Under the pieces are notes generated by a model. The model made no database searches. It saw nothing but the letters and a program-made list of their open reading frames with translations, and was not told the origin of the DNA. From assembly GCF_009914755.1 (NCBI RefSeq), contig NC_060936.1: a stretch of 64,000 bases of DNA. The stretch is one strand, 5' to 3'. The stretch comes from the human T2T-CHM13v2.0 reference genome, Homo sapiens. Shown here one piece after another: positions 45,339 to 58,369 of the stretch (its first letter is position 1; the number at the start of each line of letters is the position of its first letter). Both the position numbers and the translations under genes were made by a program.

Positions 45339-45933
45339 TGCAGTCAACTGAAGGGTGGCCCCCAAAAATATGTCCACACCCGAATCTTTAGAACCTGTGA
45401 TTATTACCTTATATGGCAAAACATGTGATTAAATTAAGGATTTTTGAGAGGATGATCTTAGCCTGGATTATCCAGGTAGGCTCTAAATCCAGTGATAAGC
45501 GTCCTCATAAGGGTGAGGTCAAGGGAGATTTGACAGGAGAGGAGGACGAGGCAATGTCACCATAGAGACAGAGCTGGACATGATATGACGACAAACTAAG
45601 CTGCTCCTGGAGCTCCCAGAAGCTGGGAGAGGTAAGAAACAGATTTTCCTCAAGAGCCTTCTGAGGGAGAACAGCCCTCCAATGCCTTCAGTGAGATTTC
45701 TGGCCTTCAGAACTGTGAGAGAATAAGTTTATGTTGTTTTAAGCCATCCAGTTTGTGATCATTTGCTTTTTCATTTTTTTGGCAGGTGATGGGGTCTCAC
45801 TATGTTGCCCAGGGTGGTCTTGAACTCCTGGGCTCAAGCAATTCTCCTGCCTCAGCCTCCCACATAGCTGAAATTACAGGCATGTGCCATCATGCCTGGC
45901 CTGATTTGTTAAGCAGTCACAGGAAACAAATAA
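45339..45933 (+). mobile_element. MLT1D-like LTR interrupted by an antisense Alu monomer (about 45770-45901)
   Basis: gaacctgtga..ttaccttatatggcaaa, cagaactgtgagagaataa. Confidence 0.8.
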
Positions 45934-46073
45934 AGTGATAGGGAGGACCCTGAGATAACTGCTAATTTGGGGTTTGAGTGATTACAATAGGAGATGGCGC
46001 CCTTTTCCAAGTGTGGAAATAGAAGAGCAGGTTGAAGGAAGAAGCTGGTGAATTCAGTTTTGGACATGCTGAG

Positions 46074-46820
46074 TGTTGGAACAATCTTCCATGGGTCTCT
46101 TGTGATCCTTTACATCTGAATATGCTAAGAATGTAAGGCCTTGACAACTCTTTTGTTTCATTTTTGAGGCAGGGTCTCACTCTGCCACACAGGCTGGAGT
46201 GCAGTGGTACGATCTCAGCTCACTGCAACATCCGCCCTCTGTGTTCAAGTGATTCTTGCACCTCAGCCTCCTGAGAAGCTGGGATTACAGTTGCCCGCCC
46301 CCATGCCTGGCTAATTTTTGCATTTTTAATAGAGATGGGGTTTCACCATGTTGGCCAGTCTGGGCTCAAACTCCTGACCTCAAATGATCCGCCTGCCTTG
46401 GCCTCCCAAAGTGCTGGGATTACAGGCGTGAGCCACTGTGCCCAGCTGGCCTTGACCACTCTTTACCTGGGCCATATCTCAGCCTTCTTTTTGCAGTGAG
46501 CAACCTTGAAGGACTCCTTCCAGAACAGGCAGCAAGCTTGCTCATTGCCTGCTATAAAATAGTAGGTTCCTCAAGCTTCCTGTCCTTTCTTGTAACACAA
46601 TCAACTGCATGTGCAGGCCTCCATCGGGCCCCCCAATTCATCTTCATGGGATTTGGGGTGCAAGGGTAATTGATGCCAGCATGCTAATGCTCATGCTGCT
46701 TGCTGTGCTGTGAGTAAAAAGGACCTTTGTCTCTGACTCAGTTTCTTCTGTCTGCATCCATAAAATAGTAACAGGCTAACTTATTTGCTTGAAAGTAGTA
46801 TAAAATCAAAAGTCAACTGG
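46074..46820 (+). mobile_element. ERVL-class solo LTR (MER76/LTR47-like), Alu-interrupted
   Basis: TGTTGGAACAATCTTCCATGGGTCTC start, tataaaa, acaggctaacttatttgcttg near the end; subfamily uncertain. Confidence 0.6.
46154..46447 (-). mobile_element. AluS
   Basis: antisense dimer; TSD ggccttgac(a/c)actcttt. Confidence 0.92.
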
Positions 46821-47662
46821 ACCCTGAGTTGAGGGGCCTTGGGGTCTTCCTGTTTCCTGGAAACACCAACTAGGGAGTTGAATAAATAGGTCTGCAGCTC
46901 ACCAGAGACATTTGGGCTAGAGATAACAGATTTGGAAATTATCAGCTGAGCAGTCATAGTCAAAGCCAAGAATTTAAATCCTGCTACCCAGGAAAATTTT
47001 ATTAAGTGAAAAGAGGAGAAGAAGAGAAGAAGAGAAGAGGAGAGAAGAGAAGAGAAAGCTAAAGAAACCTGAGGAACACTAACATTTGCGGGTCAAAAAG
47101 AAGAACTCAAAAATTAGACAAAAATGATTCAAATATTTTCCTACTGACTCAGCTTTTGTATCTCAGGAATCCTCCACTTACTGACTTTGACTCCTTCCCC
47201 TGCATCTAATCAGTGTCAATTCCAGCTAATCTTTGAGTCACACTTTGTCCCACGCCCATCCCTTCTTCCCATTCCTATCTGACATTCTAGTTTATACTCC
47301 ACATCTATTGCATCAGTTCTTTGCCATAACCTCTTAATAGGTCTCTTTGCTTCCTGCTAATACCCACTAAAATCCATCCCACACAGTGCTGCCAGGTTAA
47401 TTTTCTTAAAATATTCCTTGGGTTGACTCACTCTTCCTTGTTAGAAATGGTCAATATTTCCCTGGTATGTCATGATTCCTATTCTGTTTTTCTCTACCCA
47501 TTGATCCTGATTCTTAATGAAAAACAGGAACTGGCATCATAGGGAATAAAATTTAACTGTGAGAGACAAGAAAAAGGACAGGGGAAGGATAAAAAAGAAA
47601 AGGAGAACTTAGGTTGTGAGGAGAGGTTGACTTTGCTGGGGGTATTGGAAATAAGTCTTGTT

Positions 47663-47886
47663 CGGGGATATGCAAACTATGGCCTGCGGGCCAAATGCAG
47701 CCTGCCACCTATTATTGCTAATAAAGTTTTATTGAAACACAGCCATATCCATCATTAACATATTGTCTATGGCTGCTTTTGTGGCTACAGCTGCAGAGTG
47801 AAATAATTACAACAGATCCTATCCGGCCCGCAAAGACTAAAATATTTACTATCTGGTTCTTTACAGAAAAAATTCGCCAACCCTTG
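47663..47886. mobile_element. MER58A
   Basis: gcaaactatggcctgcgggccaaat...taaaatatttactatctgg..tttacagaaaaa. Confidence 0.85.
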
Positions 47887-48779
47887 GTCTAGTTATAGCT
47901 GCAATATGTGAGAGATATTAGACCTCAAGAAATGTAGAAAAGGATATTATAGGAAATTATGCTTGGGATTACCAATTGGATAGATCCCTGTGGACAGCCT
48001 TTGAAAGATTCCAGCAAAGATTTGAATTACTTTTAATTGCTGGACTGTTTCTTTGAATATATTTTCTCAGACTCTGCGCCATGAGGCAATCCCAATTAAA
48101 TGTCCTTTGTGTATTGATCCCTTAGCATCTTTATTTACATTATTTCTCTCTCTTGAAATTTCCCCTCTAGCTTACTTTCATGTCTGGCTTATTCCTTTAC
48201 ATCCTTTCCTTCAAATTCCGACTCAAGTTTACTTTCCTTTGATAAGCTTTCTCTGTCCTTTATTGCCCACAGTAAGCTCTCACCTCACATGATAAAAGCT
48301 GCATTTAATCAGCACTCCCCCATTCAACCTTTACATACCGCTATGTATTTTTGGTTAATCTTTTCATGGTGTGAGGCTTTCTCCCTATGAAATCACAAGC
48401 TTATTGAAGTCAAGAACTGTGTCTTACGTATCTTTTCATCCCCCACAGCTTCTGGCAAAGGGAATTGCATAAAATTGTGCTTGATAAATTTGCTTATAAT
48501 TAGTGAAAGCAGGAGAAATACAAGAAAACAGATTTTCCAACTTCCAAGCCCTATAGAAGTGCTATGCCCCAACACTGTGACATATTAATGTCTGGCTCAG
48601 TTTTTAAGCAACTGAATTTGTTAGGTAAAAGTCCCAAATCTTTTAATGAGAACATGAAGGTGATTGGGCTATGATGTCTGTCACCTTGTTGGCTGCTAGG
48701 CTTGATTTTGTGCTCCCTTGCTCCTGAACCTCTCCTGAAGCTGCCTGCCCAAAGAGAGGGGTAGGGGGTCTTCCATACA

Positions 48780-49645
48780 AGTGGCTAACAGGTATATCTA
48801 AAAGTGCTGCACATCACTAATCATCAAGGAAATGCAAATTAAAACTATAAGGATATATCACTTCTCACCTGTTAGAATGGCTACTATCAAAAAGACAAAC
48901 GTTAACAAGCATTGACAAGAATATGGAAAAAAAGACAACTTTGGTACACAATTGGTGGGAATGTAGATTAGTACAGCCATTATGAAAAACAGTGTGGAGA
49001 TGTTTCAAAAAATTAAAAATAGAACTACCATGTTTCAGTAATCCCACTACTGGGTACATATGCAAAGGAAATGAAATCAACATGTTGAGGGGATAGCAGC
49101 ACTTCCATGTTTACTGCAGCACTATTCACAATCGCCGGGATTCGGAATCCACCTAAGTGTACATCAATACATGAATGAATGAAGAGAAATGTGGTATACA
49201 TACACAACGGAGTACTATTCAGCCATAAAAAAGAAGAAATCCTGACATTTGTGACAACATGGATGAACCTGAAAGACATGATGTTAAATGAAATAAGCCA
49301 GCCAGAGGAAGACAAATACTGCATGGTCTCATTTAGACGCAGAGTCTACTTCTATGTAATCTCATAGAAGTAGCCAGTAGAATGATGGTTACCAGGGAAT
49401 AAGGTGGTTGGGAATAAGTTGAAAGCATCTACTGTACAACTGGACGACTATAGTTCATTACATATTGTATTCTTGAAAAATGCCGAGAGTGGATGTCAAG
49501 TGTTATCCCAAAAATAGCTCTGCAAGGTAATGCATACGTTAATTAGCTAAATTCAATCATTTCACAATGTATATATACTTCACATCATGTAGTACACAGT
49601 AAATACATACAATTTTATCTGTTAATTTAAAAAATTTAAAAAATA
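48780..49645 (+). mobile_element. 5'-truncated L1MA 3' end
   Basis: ggaaatgcaaattaaaac, acaacatggatgaacctg, L1MA 3'UTR and A tail. Confidence 0.85.
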
Positions 49646-51175
49646 ACCAAAGAGGGGCATCTGCTCAGATAGGACAGTTCTGTTGTCAAGTGTATAGTAG
49701 CCTTTTGTTAGAGCAATCGGTGATCATGAGAAGTGTAGGCTAATGTCCTAATTTTCTGTTTTACGACACGGTCTTCTGCTATTGTGCCATATATTTCTTT
49801 TTTATTTTAAAAAAACCTTTTTATTGAAGTATAGCATATATATAAATGCAAATAAGTGTATAGCTTGATGAATAACAAACTGAACACGTTTATGTAACCA
49901 GATCCCAGATAAATAGAACATTATCCATACCAAGAAATCCACAACATGCTCTCTTTCAGTCACTAGATCCCCTTGCTGCCCTGCAAGGGGACTGTTGCAC
50001 TGGCCTGCAATAGCATTGACTAGCTTTTCCAGGTTTGATGCTTTACATAGGTGAAATCATACAGTATATACTTTTGTACCTGCCTTCTTTTATTTATGAG
50101 GTCAATTCACAGTATTGTGTGTAGTTGTGGGCTGTCATTCCCATTGCTTTGTAATGAATAAATCAATGGTAGCATATTTATATAGTGGAATACTATACAT
50201 TTCATTTTCATTAACAACATCTTACATTGAAAACCTTGAGAGCTCAGCTGTTGAAGTCCAATGCTGCAATGATCAATGTTCTTCTCAAATCTTTAATTTC
50301 ACAAAAGCTTAATGGCATCAGTGTCGTGCCTAAGGATAATATCTCAAGTACTATATCAGCTTCTGAGTTAGGAAAACCTGTTTTGCTTTATATCTGTTAA
50401 AGGTTTTGTAACAAAATAATAATCTTTTAAATTCCATTGTTAAGCATCACTGTTATCTTAGAATCGTATTTATACAACAAACTTTTCAGAATAAAAACAG
50501 AGCAATCAAAAAAGAGCATTTATATTACATAGTCACTTGATTCATTACCTCTAAAATGTTCCTTCCCTTTGTGTTTTGCAAAGTTATGAAAATTTGTTAC
50601 TTTAATACCAAAAACTCTACTAAATTTAATTTACTTTGAAATGTGTTTATCTCTCCCACCAAAACACACACACACACACACACAGCTCACTATCATTGAC
50701 TGGGAGGTTTTACTTACAGATAACCACTGGACAGCTTAAGCCTCGTGATGACAGTCTTCTTTTGATGTGACAGGAATTACACCTGTTTGGATGAAATCCA
50801 AAACCCATATCATAGAAAAATTCACTATGTTATGGTACCCCTCTGTTAAAGTGCCTGCATAAAAGTGTCTTTTTTTTTAAAAAAAAAAAGGTCCAGTTTA
50901 TTGAGGCATAATTTACTTATAGTAAAATTCATCCTGTTCAGTCCACAGTTCTATAAGTTCTGATGAGCACATACAGTTTTGTAGCCATCACCACAGTCAA
51001 GATACACAACAGCCCATCATCCCCAAAAGTCCATTCATTCCCCTTCATAGTTAATCCTTACCCCAGACTCTATTCCCTGGCAACCACTGATTTCACATAA
51101 GCATATAAAATGTTTTCTTCTCTTCCTTTATTAGAGACAGATGAGTAGGGTGAGGTCTGACTCCTTGTTCCCTCT

Positions 51176-51530
51176 TGATAGGGTTTGACTGTGTCCTCAC
51201 CCAAATCTCAACTTGAATTGTATCTCCCAGAATTCCCACTTGTTGTGGGAGGGACCCAGGGAGAGGTAATTGAATCATGGGGGCCAGTTTTTCCTGTGTT
51301 ATTCTCCTGGTGGTGAATAAGCCTCATGAGATTTGATGGGTTTATCAGGGGATTTCTGCCTTTGCTTCTTCTTCATTTTTCTCTTGCTGCCACCATGTTA
51401 GAAGCTCCTTTTTCCTCCCGCCATGCTTCTGAGGCCTCCCCAGGCATATGGAACTGTAAGTCCAATTAAACCTCTTTTTCTTCCTAGTCTTGGTATATCT
51501 TTATCAGCAGCGTGAAAATGGACTAATACA
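51176..51530 (+). mobile_element. THE1A solo LTR
   Basis: aaatctcaacttgaattgtatctcccagaattccc; perfect TSD cctct; 355 bp. Confidence 0.92.
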
Positions 51531-52186
51531 CCTCTCCTGCATCCAAGTGCAGCCTCCCCTGCCCCAGCCATGCTGGCCTCCTCAGTGCCTTGTCCTCTCC
51601 ACACCTCCGCCCACAAGTCTCATGTCTGTTGAATACTTCACCTAGAACTCTCTTCTCTTCCTTCTGCACCTCATCAACTCTTACTCAACCCTGAGATCTC
51701 AGTGTCAACATAATTTCCTCAGAGAAACTTTCCTGATTAGATCAAATCCCTCTACTGTGCACCATGCATATATTGAGGCAGCAATTTTACATTTGTTTAT
51801 GTAACATTTGATTCATGTCAATCTTCCCCATTTTTAAACTGTGAGCTTCATGAGGGCAGGAATTCTATGAGTTTTGCTCATTGTTTAATCCTGAGTGTGC
51901 AGCCCAGGAGGGTACTCAATGAAGACTCAGTAAATGCATATATGTTTCCAAGCCAGCATGGTTCTTGATGTTTACCTTTGACCCTTTAAAGTGTAAGATA
52001 AGGTCGATCTTATTGTTTCTGTTTTACTGACTTAATGATTTTAAACCACATCCATAAATTCTTTGACACTCCTCCCTCTAATAAAGAGTGGAGACTAATT
52101 CCCCTCACCTAGAGTGTGAGCTGACTCTGTGACTCACTTCTCATGAATTGAATGCAGCAGGAGTGATGTTAAAAGTCACTGTTCTT

Positions 52187-52844
<658 letters not shown>

Positions 52845-54507
52845 TCATTTGAACACATCAAGCAGTCCTATGGAGACGCCCACAGAGCGAGGGACTGAAG
52901 CTTCCTGCCAGCAGCTATGTGAATGAGTGAAGTGGATCCTTCAGCCTCTCAGGTCTTCAGTATTTTGACTGCAACCTTATGAAAATCCCTGAGCCAGAAC
53001 CACCCGGTGAAGTTATTTTCAGATTCCTGACCCATAGAAACTATGTGAGAGAATAAACGTTTGCTATTTCAAGCCACTAAATTTGGGGATAATTTGTTAC
53101 ACAATATAGAACTGAAAGAACCAATGAGGGAAGTATGGCAAATTTGAGAAACTTGTTTAAGGTCCCACAACTAGTAAATGGCAAATCTAGGATGCAAACA
53201 CCAAGTCAGTGTGTCTCTAAAGCCCATGTTCTCTGTACCATGCCATACTTATGTTTTACTTAGTATGGAAGTACTAAGTATGGCATACTAAAGATGCTTA
53301 GTACGGCAAATGTAAAAGTCATTTCACTGTGCTATTATAAAATCTTTGCAGATTGGTTCATGTTACAGTGCCAGGAGGTTGCTTTCTGTATTTCCAAAGA
53401 AGCTGCTGACTGGAGGAATTTCTGAGAGAATGGTGAGTAAACCGGCAATTCTAATGAAGCATTTTAATTGTGCTTTACTATTTAAAGCATTTCCATGAAG
53501 ATGTTTTGTTGGAAGAATAGATCAAATCAAGTTTGTTATGAGTTAGAAAAGAGATAACTTGAAAGTGACTTTTTTCTTCAGTTCATCATTATGGCATTGT
53601 AAGATAGTTTTCATAGTGTGAATTGATTATACTAGATTTCTCAGTTTTACATATATTTAATATTTATATGCATTAATATTATATATTATTTTAAAATATA
53701 TTTAAATACTTATATTTTGCATTTATGCAGAAATTGCCAAAATTCAGTATTTTTCTTAGATTTCTTAGTTACCATTTCAAAGGCCCAAACTTTGGAGTAG
53801 TCAAAGATTTCTTAAACAAAACACAAGACACACCAAACTTAAAACTTGTATTCTCTACCACTACTCTGATCATACATGCCCTTTTTTGGACATATTCAAT
53901 CATAATGGAACCTGGCAGCTTTTAACTAATGAGTGTTTTGATGTAGCTTCCAGTCATACCTAATGAGCCATTGTAAGCTATTTATATGTTTGGTGCTTAG
54001 TGGTTTTCTAATCTACCCTAATTAGACCTAATATCTTCATCCCATCACCCTGGAATAACTCATTTCCACTTTCTTCCCCTCTGTTTACCTAATCAAATTC
54101 ATAAAATATTCCTTCCATCTAATCTTTCCATCTTTTTACTTTCTTTATTAAAGCATTTTCACTGGTTTCCTTTCTTACAAGTATTAGACTCTTTGAGATA
54201 ACTTAAGTAGAGGAATTTCATGGCACACAAAAGTAGGAATATTGCTGGTCCTTGACAAGCTTTGGGATTGCAACCTGAAGAGATTGTCTCTGATTTCATC
54301 TTTCTATGTGTGCAGTAGGTTTAATCAAGGAGTTTTTATTCAGTGGCACAGAACATGGAACACTGGTTCTTTCAATAATTTGGCTTTTTTAGAGTCTCAA
54401 CTCATCCTGGAGCTGGAAAAAAATTAATATTATGCCAAATAACAGCATTTGGGTCTCTTTGGCTAAATTAAGCCCATGCCAGTGACTGCTTTTAAAACTG
54501 GATTGTT

Positions 54508-54726
54508 GGCTGGGTGCAGCTCACACTTGAGGCCAGGAGTTTGAGGCCAGGATAGAAAACATGGTGAGACCCTCATCTCTACAAAGAATTAAAACATTAG
54601 CTAGGCATGGTGGTGTGCACTGAGGTGGAGGATCACTTGAGCCCAGAAGTTCAGCCTGCAGTTCAGCCGTGTTTGCGCTCCACTGCAATACAGGCTAGGT
54701 GACAGAGTCAGACCCTGTCTCAAAAT
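54508..54726 (+). mobile_element. AluJ with internal deletions in both arms
   Basis: Alu motifs with the cctgtaatccc blocks missing from both arms. Confidence 0.75.
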
Positions 54727-56475
54727 TAAGGCTGGTGATATCTGTTGATTATGGGATTTTAGAGGAACCAATAAATAACTCTACTCCCATTGGGAGGCAG
54801 ACAGGGGAGTCAAGCTGAGGGAGTTGGAAAAACTACAGTAACTCTGGATAATGCTTATGCTGAATAGCAGGCCTTAGAGTGCTAAATCGAACAGGCTGGT
54901 CCATGCTCCATCTCTAAGTCAGACCAAATGCAGTCATGGTCCTCAACAGCACTGACTCCTGTTCCAGGCCTATGACAGTAAAGCTGACCATGCTTCCCTT
55001 CTTTAACTAAGAGAAAGAAAGTGAATGTTGAGCCAAGCATGTGCTGTTCCTCCACCCAACCCAACAAGTAAGTCCCTTTGCCTTCCCTGGGGGGCAGCGA
55101 GTGTGACAAGAAGCAAAGAGGAATCTCAACCAAGTAGGACAAAATCAATCCAAATAAACATATATGAATATGTACGCACATGCTTGTATATGATTTTATA
55201 AGCAGCATAGTGAAATGTATAGAACAACACCAGGTAGGTATTTCACAAGATTACTTGGGTTAGGGGGTGGTGGCTGGGGCCCAACGTGAAGGGAGGAGCA
55301 GAAAAGAGTGGGGAGATAAGCAGAAAGGCAAAAGAAAACAAAGCACTGAAAAGTAGTATGTGTAGCATGATCACATAAATGTATGTATTATACACATACA
55401 CATGTGTGTGCACACACACGCACACCATATTAAGGAATGATACTCCAAATCCTTAAACCAGTATGGAATGTCTAATACTTTATCAGAGTGGACACCAAAG
55501 AACTGAGGCAGAATCCCTGGAAGACCCTCTATTGAGCCAGGCATTAACCTGAATTGTGGGGTAGCCCAAAGGATATGGGGAGAGGAGCTGTAAGGCCAGG
55601 ATGGCAGGAAAAGATGTGGGAAAGGATGGTGGCACTTGGGAGGCTCAAGACAGTAGCTATTTACAAAACCAATTCGGAAGTATGTCAATGTTTTCACAAC
55701 ATGTGCCGCTTTATCTGTGCATTCCAGCTGAATAACATACTTGCTGACTTACTCATAAGATCAAATTCTTAAAATATAACAGGAAAGTTTTCTTCTTGTA
55801 CTAATATAATTATTTTAGGTGGGGACGACAGGCAGAACTCACATGAAGAAAACCTATAAATCCTGGGTGTTGGAGGAGCCACTTCAAAGACTCACTCAAA
55901 TGACTAGAAAGTTGGTGCTTGGATATTGGTTGGAAATGTTGCCAGGACTGTGAATTGGGACCTTGGTTCCTCTCTACATGGGCCTCTCCTTGGGCTGCTT
56001 GAGCTTGCTTACAGCATGGTGGTTGGGTTCCAAAAGTAAGAGGTCAAGAGATGCAGGAGGTTCAATATTCCCATTCATAATCTAAATTACACAGTGTCAC
56101 TTTCATTATAGTCTAATTGGGCAAGGCTGTCTCAAGGGCTCGTTCAGGTTTAACAGAAGGGGACATAGACTCCACTGCTCTATGGGAGGAGTGTCTAGGT
56201 CATACTGTTAAGAAGACCGTGGTGGCAAGGGAAATATGGAGGAAAATAGTCTGCCAAAACACATTTCTGCGGCAACTGCAACATCCATAGTCCATGCTGG
56301 CATGGATCTCAAAGGTTTCTACTATTCCCATGATGCCACACTTAGGGCACAGACTAGCTAGTGTAACAAAGACTGGAGGAAGGGGGGTAAAGTTAAAAAA
56401 GTATAGTCAACCAAAGGAAGAAATAAAGCTAATATTAAGCTCTTAATAATGTGGCAGGCATTGTGCGAGGCACTT

Positions 56476-56514
56476 TGTATTAGAGTTCTCTAAGAGGGAC
56501 AGAACTAATAGGAG

Positions 56515-56566
<52 letters not shown>

Positions 56567-57004
56567 TAGATATAAATATAAAGGGGAGTTTTATATATAT
56601 ACATACACACATATATATATATAAAGGGGAATTTATTAAATATTGACTTACATGATCACAAGGTCCCACAATAGGCTGTCTGCAAGCTGAGGAGCAAGAA
56701 GAGCCAGTCTGAGTCCCAAAACTGAAGAACTTGGAGTCTGAGGCTCAAGGGTAGGAAGCATCCAGCATGTGAGAAAGATGTAGGCTGGGAGGCTGGGCCC
56801 GTCTGTCCTTTTCACATTTTTCTGCCTGCTTTACATTTGCTGGGAGCTGATTAGATTGTGTCCACCAGATTAAGAGTGGATCTGCCTTCCCCAGCCCACT
56901 GATTCAGATGTTAATCTCTTGGCAACACCCACACAGACACACCCAGGATTAATACTTTGTATCCTTCAATCCAATCAAATTGATACTCAGTATTAACCGT
57001 CATA
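56476..57004 (-). mobile_element. MLT2A1 (HERV-L) solo LTR inserted in a MIR
   Basis: agggacagaactaatagga, cccaaaactgaagaacttggag, ttcaatccaatcaa; perfect TSD cactt; (TA)23 at 56517-56562. Confidence 0.9.
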
Positions 57005-58369
57005 CACTTCTTACAAGATATCTTCATTAAATCTTCACCACAGGTATGTAAGGTAGGTACTATCATTGCCATTTCACAGATGAGGAAATAAAGGCAGAAG
57101 TATTTAGTAACTTGTCCAAAGCTACAAAACTGGTAACTGGTAGAGCCAGGATGGCAACACTGATCTGTTTGACTTCAAAGACTGTTTTTTTTCACTACAC
57201 CGTGCTTCAAAGTGTAGAAGATAAACAGAATCTGTAAAATGTCCCTCTTTTAACTATGCACTTCATTCTATTTCGTCTGATACGTATATAAAAGATCTCT
57301 CTCTCTCTCTCTCATTTCTCAAAAGGGTTACAGTAAAATATTGCAAATAATAGAAATTTATTCCCCCAAATAACCAACAAAGTCTTCTCAAGGAGCACAT
57401 TAGACAACTCCTTTCTCAATTCATGCCCAAGTTATCACTGGTTAATGCTCACATAGGAATTACTATCTGGAAGATTGGTAAGAACCTCAAAATAATTATT
57501 AAGACTAACATTGCAAATTAAATTGTAAGACGTATAATACAAATTAGAGGAATTGAGTATGGGAGTTTATTAAGTATAAAAAAGATTGGTAAATTGTGAA
57601 GAAAAAACAAGTGAACTCTCAAGAAGTTTGCATAAATATACTCTTCAGAAATGTATGATGATTAAATATACCATGGGAGTTCCCTGCTTAAAGAAAATAG
57701 ACATTTCTCTTGTCGCAGCCAAGATTTCCCTATACTATAACACAGACAATGTAGTTCATAATGAGAAACCCCCATGAGTAGCTCATAGAGCACACCCAAT
57801 CGGTAAGTAGGTGTATTTAGTTGAGGCACAAGAACGGTGGCTGCAGTGATCAGGGAGGTTCTCACCCAGATATCTCTTTATAATAAGATCTGCAATTGGT
57901 GATGGCAGGGATGAGGATCCCCCACCTCTTTTCCTTGTTGCTAAATACAAGCTTCCAAAAAAATGGTTGTGAATGACAGAGACTGTAAGAATTATGCCTA
58001 TTTTACCATAGCATTAACCTAAGCAAAGCGTGATTCAACCACAATATGCCATCCATACATGGGACTACAGTGACGCTTTTAGCAAACATTTGGAAATAAA
58101 ATTTCTTACTGAGAGATACTTTTCAAAATTAACAAATAATTGTTTAGCAACAGAGACATGCTAAGTCACCTGTAGAAGACAGAATGGTTTCAAAGCTGGT
58201 GGGACTCTGCAGTGATCTGGTATTTTAAAAAGTTGTGTCCTTCAGAATTTAAGTAGCATTGGAAGTATATATAAATGGAGTCACTGAGGCAAATGTTGGT
58301 TGGATCCATCCAATTACTGCTCAGAGAAAGGCAGCTTTAGTCAGGTTTTTCAACTGGTCTAGACCTATT

